The notes beneath the pieces were generated by a model. It was not told the origin of the DNA. It was given only the letters and a program-made list of their open reading frames with translations, and did not search any database. The translations under genes and the position numbers were made by a program. 47,072 nucleotides of DNA, from the NCBI GenBank assembly GCA_904374795.1, contig CAJFEV010000002.1, forward strand, positions 1-47,072. Reading direction: 5' to 3'. Origin of the DNA: an uncultured Bacilli bacterium (GTDB taxonomy: Bacteria > Bacillota_I > Bacilli_A > RF39 > UBA660). Below are positions 37,030-44,578 of the stretch, piece by piece (position 1 is the first letter of the stretch; the number at the start of each line of letters is the position of its first letter).

Positions 37030-37617
37030 TCAAAGAATTAAAAAATTAAAAAGTGGTAGAATTTTGCTTCCTAGTCCCCATAGTAAAGCATCATAAATTA
37101 TAAGAAGAAAAGTGCATAATGCACAGCCTTTAACTAGGTGAACAACAATAATACTTGGGTCGGTTTTGTAGATATATTTTCCAATCATTTTTCTGGCTAT
37201 TCGAAGACATTTTGAAAATAAAAATAAGAGACAAATGAGATAGAATACTTTTGTAATTAAAATAAAAATACAAGCAAAAACAAAACCGATTAAGCCATAC
37301 GTTAAACTAAAAATTCCTAAGAGAAAACCAATACTCATTCCTTCATAAAAAATCAGGGTACATAAAAAGGGAATCCCGATTGCAAAAAAGCTTGTGAGTA
37401 TTCCGATTACGAAAACAAAAAAATGAAAAAATAAATAATTATATGTACGATTTGATATATTTTCTGCAAAATAAGTGACTTCTTCTTTTAATATATCGAT
37501 GTGTGAAATACCGAGATATAATCCAACAACGATACCAAATATAAGTAAAACTGCTAAGAATAGTACAAAATATTGATTCTTTTTAAAATATTCTTTGCAA
37601 CATTTCAAGTTAATCAC
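37030..37617 (-). CDS. spoIIM: Stage II sporulation protein M-like membrane protein
   Basis: ~195 aa with five TM helices, LIFGIVVG, GIPF...YEGMSIGF pattern; sigmaE-like motif upstream; real start may be TTG at 37608. Confidence 0.6.
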   Translation of the reverse strand: MINLKCCKEYFKKNQYFVLFLAVLLIFGIVVGLYLGISHIDILKEEVTYFAENISNRTYNYLFFHFFVFVIGILTSFFAIGIPFLCTLIFYEGMSIGFLLGIFSLTYGLIGFVFACIFILITKVFYLICLLFLFSKCLRIARKMIGKYIYKTDPSIIVVHLVKGCALCTFLLIIYDALLWGLGSKILPLFNFLIL

Positions 37618-37624
37618 CTAAGAA

Positions 37625-37653
37625 AGTATATTTACAAACACGAGATTTTATGA
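37625..37653 (-). promoter_or_regulatory. Candidate sigmaE promoter of spoIIM-like gene
   Basis: TCATAAA-N14-AATATACT on the minus strand. Confidence 0.45.
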
Positions 37654-37684
37654 TAAATTTAATAGGAAAAAGAGAGGTCATTTT

Positions 37685-37780
37685 ATGAATAAAAGAGTAC
37701 GACAAGTAGTTACATGGATTATTTTATTTATTATGGTAGCTGGAATTGTTGCTAGTATTGCAGTTTATGCATTTCAATAA
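37685..37780 (+). CDS. 31-aa single-pass membrane peptide (Prli42/DUF4044-like)
   Basis: MNKRVRQVVTWIILFIMVAGIVASIAVYAFQ; GAGAGG RBS; followed by a hairpin at 37781-37808; not in the ORF track. Confidence 0.7.
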   Translation: MNKRVRQVVTWIILFIMVAGIVASIAVYAFQ

Positions 37781-37807
37781 AAAGAATCGAGTTAGGTCTC
37801 GATTTTT

Positions 37808-38797
37808 TTATTCCGCATATTTATCTCCAGTTTCTAACATAGTTGTAATGAATATTCCATATCCAGTGAGTGGGTTGTCGACAATAACATGTGTAACTGC
37901 TCCGATTAGTTTATCGTTTTGGACGATGGGAGAGCCACTCATCCCTTGCACTACTCCACCAGTTTTTTCAATGAGTTCTTTATCTGTTATTTCAAATGTA
38001 ACATTTTTTACATCACTATATTCTTTAATACTTGTAATTTCAATCTCATATTCTTTTTTTTCTTGACCATCTAAAACCGTATAAATTGAGGCTTTTCCAA
38101 TTTTGATTTCATCTGGATTAGCAATTTCTATTACTTTGGTATTTAGGTCAGCCTCATAAATTCCATAAATGCCATGTGAACCATTTGTTAAGATGTTTCC
38201 ATAAATATTTTTGTAATTGAAATTTGCATTTTTAGCTCCAGCTACGCCAGTACTACTTTTATTAATACTTGTAATGGTGCTTTCAAAAATTCTACCTGTT
38301 TTTACCTCTACTATTTCGCTTGTAGTACTTTCAAGAATTTCGTGTCCTAAAGCTCCGTAGACTTTGGTTTCTGGGTCAATGTAAGTAAGTGTTCCAATAC
38401 CGGTAATACTATCTTTTACGTAGAGCCCAGTTTTATAAATTCCATCTACTTTTTCTAAGGTCATTTTTATTTTCTTTTCTTCATGATCACGATTTACAAT
38501 TAATTCAATTTCATTATTCATTATTTCTTTTTCAATGACCGATGTTAAATCGCTAATAGAAGATACTTGTGTTTGATTTACCTTAATGATTAAATCCCCA
38601 ATTTGAATTTCAGGTGTGCCTTTTACATATTCACCATTTACAGGGTAGAAACCTATAACCATGACACCAGGTGTTTCAATATGAATTCCAACACTTTCTC
38701 CACCTAAGATCACTTTATTTGAATAGGCAAATACTTGTAAAGGAAATAAAAATATGACCACTAAAAATAAAATCATGTTTTTATAATTTTTTTTCAT
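37808..38797 (-). CDS. spoIVB: SpoIVB serine peptidase (S55) with PDZ domain
   Basis: GGESVGI, GLYVKDSITGIGTLTYIDP, YGALGH, TGGVVQGMSGSPIVQNDKLIGAVTHV. Confidence 0.93.
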   Translation of the reverse strand: MKKNYKNMILFLVVIFLFPLQVFAYSNKVILGGESVGIHIETPGVMVIGFYPVNGEYVKGTPEIQIGDLIIKVNQTQVSSISDLTSVIEKEIMNNEIELIVNRDHEEKKIKMTLEKVDGIYKTGLYVKDSITGIGTLTYIDPETKVYGALGHEILESTTSEIVEVKTGRIFESTITSINKSSTGVAGAKNANFNYKNIYGNILTNGSHGIYGIYEADLNTKVIEIANPDEIKIGKASIYTVLDGQEKKEYEIEITSIKEYSDVKNVTFEITDKELIEKTGGVVQGMSGSPIVQNDKLIGAVTHVIVDNPLTGYGIFITTMLETGDKYAE

Positions 38798-38921
38798 TTT
38801 ACTCTTCCTTTCTAATCATCATGTAGTATAAACAACTTTTCTTTCAAAACTATGGAAATAGTTGCTATGGAAAAATTTGGCTTTTTTATGGTATACTTTT
38901 ATTAGAAAGGATAGAAAGAAT

Positions 38922-39452
38922 ATGAATGATGTTATCCATGCTTTATGTAATAGAAGAAGTTGTAGAAAGTACTTAAAAAAACAAATTCCTGAAAAAGATT
39001 TACAAATCATTTTAAAATGTGGTACGTATGCTCCAAATGGAAAAGAAAAACAAAGTGCTTCCATTGTGGTGATTCAGGATGCCAATCTTATTAAAAAGAT
39101 TGCTAAAATGAATAGTAGTTTTATTCGAAAGGAAGGCATTAACCCTTTTTACGATGCCCCCACTCTACTTATCATTTTTGCAGATAAAAATGTAAGTACT
39201 TATGTTCAAGATGGCGCTGCGGTTGCTTCTAATCTTATTCATGCTGCGTATAGTTTAGGCATCGACTCTTGTTGGATTCATCGTGCTAAGGAAACCTTTG
39301 AAACTTTTGAGGGAAAAGAACTTATGAAAAAATGGGGATTAGGGGAAAATTTTGAAGGAATTGCAAATGTAATCTTAGGTTATCGCGATGGAAACCTTCT
39401 TGCTCCTGCAGAAAGAAAGGAAAATTATATTATTTATAATGAAAAAAGATAG
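38922..39452 (+). CDS. Nitroreductase family protein
   Basis: RRSCRKY, APNG, FYDAP, AYSLGIDSCW; ATG at 38922. Confidence 0.9.
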   Translation: MNDVIHALCNRRSCRKYLKKQIPEKDLQIILKCGTYAPNGKEKQSASIVVIQDANLIKKIAKMNSSFIRKEGINPFYDAPTLLIIFADKNVSTYVQDGAAVASNLIHAAYSLGIDSCWIHRAKETFETFEGKELMKKWGLGENFEGIANVILGYRDGNLLAPAERKENYIIYNEKR

Positions 39453-39458
39453 AGCTTT

Positions 39459-39947
39459 CTATCTTTTTTCTAGGATTTCTACCATTATTTCTTTTTCGTT
39501 AACAAAATATTTTACCTTTGAACCTATTTTTTGTAAATAGAGTGCTTTTCCTAAAGGACTATTTATGGTTATTTCTTTTATTTTTGCTGTTACTACAGGA
39601 AAATATTTTCCTGTGAGTTTAACTATATCCTCCTCATAGTCCTCTTCACTATAAAAGAAACGTATACATACTATGTCTTCAAGGTAAATCAGATTGTTGT
39701 CTTTTTTTTCTTCAGAGATGATTTCTAGTTTTTGCTTATCTAAAATCATTTTTTGAAGCTCGTTAGAAATTCTTCTTTCTTCTTGAATAGCTTCTTCGAA
39801 AGCAAAATTATCATGCCATCCATCTCCTGGAGCATTTCGAATTGCTTCGCCTTGAAATTGTAAATTTTTTTCTAGAAATTTTCTTTTTTTCTCCAATTCT
39901 TCTAGAAATTCTTGCAAACCTTCTTTTGAAACATAAATTTTATCCAT
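39459..39947 (-). CDS. GreA/GreB-family protein with atypical coiled-coil tip
   Basis: IYVSKEGLQEFLEELE, GDGWHDNFAFEEA, ITINSPLGKALY; ATG at 39947 after GAGGAGG. Confidence 0.82.
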   Translation of the reverse strand: MDKIYVSKEGLQEFLEELEKKRKFLEKNLQFQGEAIRNAPGDGWHDNFAFEEAIQEERRISNELQKMILDKQKLEIISEEKKDNNLIYLEDIVCIRFFYSEEDYEEDIVKLTGKYFPVVTAKIKEITINSPLGKALYLQKIGSKVKYFVNEKEIMVEILEKR

Positions 39948-40092
39948 TTTCCTCCTCTTCGGAAAACGATTTTGAAAACTATATTCAGTATGACACGATT
40001 TTAATGGAAATGCAAGGAAAAAGATTTTTAGTTGAATTATTTTACATGAAGATATATTAGATAGACGCAAAAAAAGAAGGATAGTTTCCTTC

Positions 40093-41514
40093 TTAATATT
40101 GTTTGCCTACATATATACGACAAGTTGCTTCTTGTCCACATACAATACATTTTCCAGTTGGTTTTTCTTCTTCAATAATACAGCGACTTTTATATCCTGT
40201 ATCATTTTTAATTTGTTCTTCACATTCTGTTTTTCCACACCAATTTATCTTGATAAAACCAGTTTTTTCTTTAATTAATTCTTTCATATCATCATAGTCT
40301 TTTACATCAAAGATTTTTTTGTTTCTTCTTTGTAAAGCTCTATCATACATATCTTTTTGAATTGTTTCTAAAAGTTTTAAGATGTAGTCTGCTACTTCAT
40401 TTGTTTTCACTTTATATTTTTCTAAAGTATCTCTTCTAACTACAGTTACTTCATCGTTTTCTAAATCTCTTTTTCCAATCTCGACACGGATTGGAATACC
40501 TTTAACTTCTGCTTCAGCAAATTTATAGCCAGGGCTTTTATCTGAATCATCGATTTTATAAGTGTATTCTTCAGGAATTTTTTTAATAATCTCATCAATG
40601 GTATTTAAAATACTTTCTTCTTGTGTAATTGGAATAAAGATTATTTTAATTGGAGCAATGTTTGGTGGAAGTACTAGACCATGATTGTCTCCGTGAGTCA
40701 TAATTATTCCGCCAATCATTCTTGTTGAAACTCCCCAGCTTGTTTGATATGGAGTTTGCAATGTGTTGTTCTCATCTAGAAATTGAATTCCAAAAGCTTT
40801 AGCAAAATGGTTGCCAAAATAATGACTCGTTCCGTTTTGTAGTGCTACTCCATCATACATCATTGCTTCTAGAGTGTATGTTTCTTCAGCACCAGCGAAT
40901 TTTTCTTTTTCTGTTTTTCTACCAACTAAAACAGGTAAAGCTAAGATATTTCTTTGAAAATCTTCATATATTTTTAGCATTCTTAGAGTTTCTTTTTTGG
41001 CTTCTTCGCTTGTTTTGTGCATCGTGTGTCCTTCTTGCCAAAGAATTTCTCTACTTCTTAAAAATGGTCTTGTTGTTTTTTCCCAACGAACGATTGTACA
41101 CCATTGATTATATAGTTTAGGTAAATCCCGGTAAGACTTGATAATGTTTTTATAGTGTTCACAGAATAAAACTTCACTTGTTGGTCTTACACACATTTTC
41201 TCTTCTAATTTTTCGTTTCCACCATGTGTAACCCAGGCTACCTCTGGCGCGAAACCATTAACGTGTTCTTTTTCTACATTTAATAAAGACTCTGGGATAA
41301 ACATAGGCATCTGAACATTTTCATGACCTGTTTTTTTAAATTCTTTATCCAAAATTTTTTGAATATTTTCCCAAATTGCATAGCCATAAGGTCTAATGAT
41401 CATACTGCCTTTCACTGATGAATAAGCTACTAAATCAGCTTCTCTTACAACATCTGTGTACCATTTGGCAAAATCTACATCACGGTCGGTAATTTTACTA
41501 ACTAATTTGCTCAT
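40093..41514 (-). CDS. proS: Proline--tRNA ligase (archaeal/eukaryote-type)
   Basis: DFAKWYTDVV, GFAPEVAWVT, RPTSE, VRWEKTTRPFLR, QTSWGVSTR, C-terminal zinc site and terminal Y. Confidence 0.97.
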   Translation of the reverse strand: MSKLVSKITDRDVDFAKWYTDVVREADLVAYSSVKGSMIIRPYGYAIWENIQKILDKEFKKTGHENVQMPMFIPESLLNVEKEHVNGFAPEVAWVTHGGNEKLEEKMCVRPTSEVLFCEHYKNIIKSYRDLPKLYNQWCTIVRWEKTTRPFLRSREILWQEGHTMHKTSEEAKKETLRMLKIYEDFQRNILALPVLVGRKTEKEKFAGAEETYTLEAMMYDGVALQNGTSHYFGNHFAKAFGIQFLDENNTLQTPYQTSWGVSTRMIGGIIMTHGDNHGLVLPPNIAPIKIIFIPITQEESILNTIDEIIKKIPEEYTYKIDDSDKSPGYKFAEAEVKGIPIRVEIGKRDLENDEVTVVRRDTLEKYKVKTNEVADYILKLLETIQKDMYDRALQRRNKKIFDVKDYDDMKELIKEKTGFIKINWCGKTECEEQIKNDTGYKSRCIIEEEKPTGKCIVCGQEATCRIYVGKQY

Positions 41515-41743
41515 GACTCTCTTCCTTACCTTCTAATTCAAAGTCTTTTAATTCATCGTTTTCGCTTAAAATCTTATTCACTTGTTTGGTTGCTTTATCT
41601 AGTTTTTCTTGGCAAATTTTAACTAAATTCATTGCATCGGTATATTTATTAATAGCTTCTTCTAATGGAATACTTCCGCTTTCTAAATCTTTAATAATTC
41701 CTTCTAAATCTTGTAATGCTTTTTCAAATGTAATTTCATTCAT
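41498..41743 (-). CDS. xseB: Exodeoxyribonuclease VII small subunit
   Basis: FEKALQDLEGIIKDLESGSIPLEEAINKY. Confidence 0.93.
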   Translation of the reverse strand: MNEITFEKALQDLEGIIKDLESGSIPLEEAINKYTDAMNLVKICQEKLDKATKQVNKILSENDELKDFELEGKEESHEQIS

Positions 41744-43071
41744 GATATAATCTCCTTTACTTCTACACTAAGCTCACCCTTAGATAGGCGAACATTTAAT
41801 ATATCTTTTTCTTTTATCTTACTACTTTCTTTAAGTATATGTCCATCCTTTTTTATCAATGAATATCCTTTGTCTAAAATATTTAATGGATTTACTAATT
41901 TTAAAGTTTGAACAATAAAGGCAAAGTCGTGATTTTTTTTGTTTAAAATTGCCTCAATATTTTTTTGCAAAATTTCTTGATTTTTCTTAATTTCTTCGAT
42001 TTTGTTTTGATACATAATTAATGGATTTTTTATAATATAATGTTCTTTTAGATAATTTATCTCTTTTACTTTGTTTTCAAGAAAACTATCCATTGCATTT
42101 TTTAATTTGTCAGTTAAATCATCTAATTTTTGTATTTTTACATCATATAAAACCATTGGATTTTTTAAAATAAAACTATCTGCAAGTTTCTTTAAATGAT
42201 GTTTTTTCTCATTTAATCTAGTTAAAAAGGCGTTTGATATTTCGATTTGTTTGGTTTGAAATAAATTTTTTACTTCTTCAATAGTTGGAACAGCCATTTC
42301 CGCGGCGCCTGTTGGTGTTGGGGCTCGTTTGTCGGCAACAAAATCAGCTATTGTTACATCTACTTCATGACCGACCGCGCTTATTATAGGGATTTTGGAT
42401 TCATAGATTGCTCTTGCAACAATTTCTTCATTAAATGCCCATAAATCTTCGATTGAGCCTCCCCCACGTCCGACAATTAAAATATCTAAATCGTATTCAT
42501 TCGCTTTTTTTATGTTTTTGACAATATCTTCTTTGGCTTGCACTCCTTGGACAAGTGACGGGAAAAGAATGGTTTCACACAAAGGAAAACGTCTAGTTAT
42601 CGTACTTAAAATATCTTTAATTGCAGCACCTGTTGGAGCCGTGACAATTCCTATTTTTTTGGGAAATTTTGGAATGGGCTTTTTATGACTTGGATCAAAC
42701 AATCCTTCTCCTGCTAATTTCTTTTTTAATTTTTCAAATTCTACATACAGATTGCCTAAGCCATCTTGCTCCATTTTATCTATATAAATTTGATAATTTC
42801 CGCCAGCTGGATAGACACTTATCCTTCCTTCTACTAAGACATTCATTCCATCTTCCGGGACAAATGTTAATTTGGAAGCCATGCTACGAAACATAATGGC
42901 GCTGATTCTAGATTCTTCGTCTTTTAATGTTAGATATAAATGTCCAGAGGAATGTCTTTTAAAATTGCTAATTTCTCCTTTTAGGTATACTTTTTGTAAA
43001 TAAGAATTACCATCAAAAATCATTTTAATAAAGTTGTTTATTTGAGAGATTGTAATATATTCATGATTCAT
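41740..43071 (-). CDS. xseA: Exodeoxyribonuclease VII large subunit
   Basis: GEISNF...SGHLYLTLKD, RGGGSIEDLWAFNEE, SAVGHEVD, RAPTPTGAAE. Confidence 0.97.
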   Translation of the reverse strand: MNHEYITISQINNFIKMIFDGNSYLQKVYLKGEISNFKRHSSGHLYLTLKDEESRISAIMFRSMASKLTFVPEDGMNVLVEGRISVYPAGGNYQIYIDKMEQDGLGNLYVEFEKLKKKLAGEGLFDPSHKKPIPKFPKKIGIVTAPTGAAIKDILSTITRRFPLCETILFPSLVQGVQAKEDIVKNIKKANEYDLDILIVGRGGGSIEDLWAFNEEIVARAIYESKIPIISAVGHEVDVTIADFVADKRAPTPTGAAEMAVPTIEEVKNLFQTKQIEISNAFLTRLNEKKHHLKKLADSFILKNPMVLYDVKIQKLDDLTDKLKNAMDSFLENKVKEINYLKEHYIIKNPLIMYQNKIEEIKKNQEILQKNIEAILNKKNHDFAFIVQTLKLVNPLNILDKGYSLIKKDGHILKESSKIKEKDILNVRLSKGELSVEVKEIIS

Positions 43072-44051
43072 AAATGCTTACCTTCTTCTTTTTCAAGTGT
43101 TTGAGTAATATTTATCAATTCTTTATAGTGTTCTTTATAAAGAGAGTTGATATTTTCACGGATTTTTGTTCCTTTATCTACTTGATATTTTTCTTCTAAA
43201 TTTGTCACAATATTTAAGAGTGTTTCTGGAGTCAAAATATAGAGTTGTCTTATAGCCTCTAATTGAAAACTGGATGAAGAACTATAGAAAAATTGCTTGA
43301 ATGAATCATATATATTTTGGATAGAACCTTCGTATGCTCTCATGGAATTATTTCTTGATAGGTCAAAAAATCTTTTCTGAAAACCCAATTCCATATCATA
43401 CATTGGCACTAGAAAGGCGTGTATTCCATTATCTAAAAGTTCCCAGTTTCCTAAATGAAAATCGTGTTGCATAGTTATAAAAGCGTATGTATATCTGCGA
43501 GTTAATTCTTCAATGATTTTATAAACAAATAGATGTTTGTTTGGATAATCCTGATAATAATTTTCTAAAGCTTCCCAAATAAAAGAAAGCGAATTAAAAG
43601 AAAAGTTTTCTGCAAAAGATGTTTCATATAGTTCGTCTAATGAATTAATTCCTATAGTTTCTTTAAGCTTTCTATTAAACTCTAAATTTTCTAAGTAGGA
43701 CCAAATAATATCCTTTCCAGAAATTATTTTATAACCATTTATTTGATAATTATCAGAAATGATTCCATATGTATTACTTTTTGGATTTACTCGAATTATT
43801 TCAGAATTTATTGTAGCTATAGAAACTGTTTTAGCTAATTCTTCCATAAATACTTGCATGAACAATTGATCATTTAATCCGTTATTTTTACAAATTTTTA
43901 AAAAATAATTTTTCCCTTCTATGTTGTTTAACCAGTATCCATTATAATGAGGGCCACATAAATCGTTGGGGATAATCTGATGAGCCTTCATTGCTTTACT
44001 CCAATTTGGAATAAGACTGTCTAACATTATTATTCCGTTTTCCCGTTTCAT
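43068..44051 (-). CDS. HipA-like (PI3/4K-superfamily) Ser/Thr kinase domain protein
   Basis: YFLK, YGIISDNY, QHDFHLGNW catalytic loop, VPMYDME. Confidence 0.72.
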   Translation of the reverse strand: MKRENGIIMLDSLIPNWSKAMKAHQIIPNDLCGPHYNGYWLNNIEGKNYFLKICKNNGLNDQLFMQVFMEELAKTVSIATINSEIIRVNPKSNTYGIISDNYQINGYKIISGKDIIWSYLENLEFNRKLKETIGINSLDELYETSFAENFSFNSLSFIWEALENYYQDYPNKHLFVYKIIEELTRRYTYAFITMQHDFHLGNWELLDNGIHAFLVPMYDMELGFQKRFFDLSRNNSMRAYEGSIQNIYDSFKQFFYSSSSSFQLEAIRQLYILTPETLLNIVTNLEEKYQVDKGTKIRENINSLYKEHYKELINITQTLEKEEGKHL

Positions 44052-44053
44052 TC

Positions 44054-44449
44054 TTACAATTCCTTCATGAGTTTGTCTAATACTGCATTTATCATTTTTA
44101 CTAAATCTTCATCTGTGTATTTTTTTGCTAATTCAATGGCTTCATTAATTACTACTATTGGCGGAGTATCCATATATTTCATTTCATATATTGCCATGCG
44201 CAATATCGCAGCACCAGTTTTGTCTAAGCGATTTATCTCCCAATCTTTTAGATATTTGTTCGCAATTTCGTCAATTTCTTTTTCTGATGTTATTACACCG
44301 TAAACTAAGTCTTTGACAAATTCATTATCTACACTTACATTTTCTTTTAAAACTTCATCAACGTCATATGTAAGATGGTTTTGTTTTAAAATATCTATTT
44401 GATACAGACAAGTCATTGCAAGTTGTCTTAATTCGCTTCTTTTTTGCAT
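44054..44449 (-). CDS. nusB: Transcription antitermination factor NusB
   Basis: RSELRQLAMTCLYQ, WEINRL...ILRMAIYE, VVINEAIELAKKY, INAVLD. Confidence 0.95.
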   Translation of the reverse strand: MQKRSELRQLAMTCLYQIDILKQNHLTYDVDEVLKENVSVDNEFVKDLVYGVITSEKEIDEIANKYLKDWEINRLDKTGAAILRMAIYEMKYMDTPPIVVINEAIELAKKYTDEDLVKMINAVLDKLMKEL

Positions 44450-44475
44450 AATATATCACCTTTTTTATTGTATCA

Positions 44476-44502
44476 AAAAAAACTAGGTAAGGCTAGTTTT
44501 TT
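44476..44502 (-). terminator. Intrinsic terminator
   Basis: AAAAAACTAG-GTAAGG-CTAGTTTTTT. Confidence 0.6.
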
Positions 44503-44578
44503 GTTGCTGTTTGAAAGCTAAAGATACAGTTTTTGTAATTATATTATAACCATAATTTATATTTCGTAAAACTTCTAA

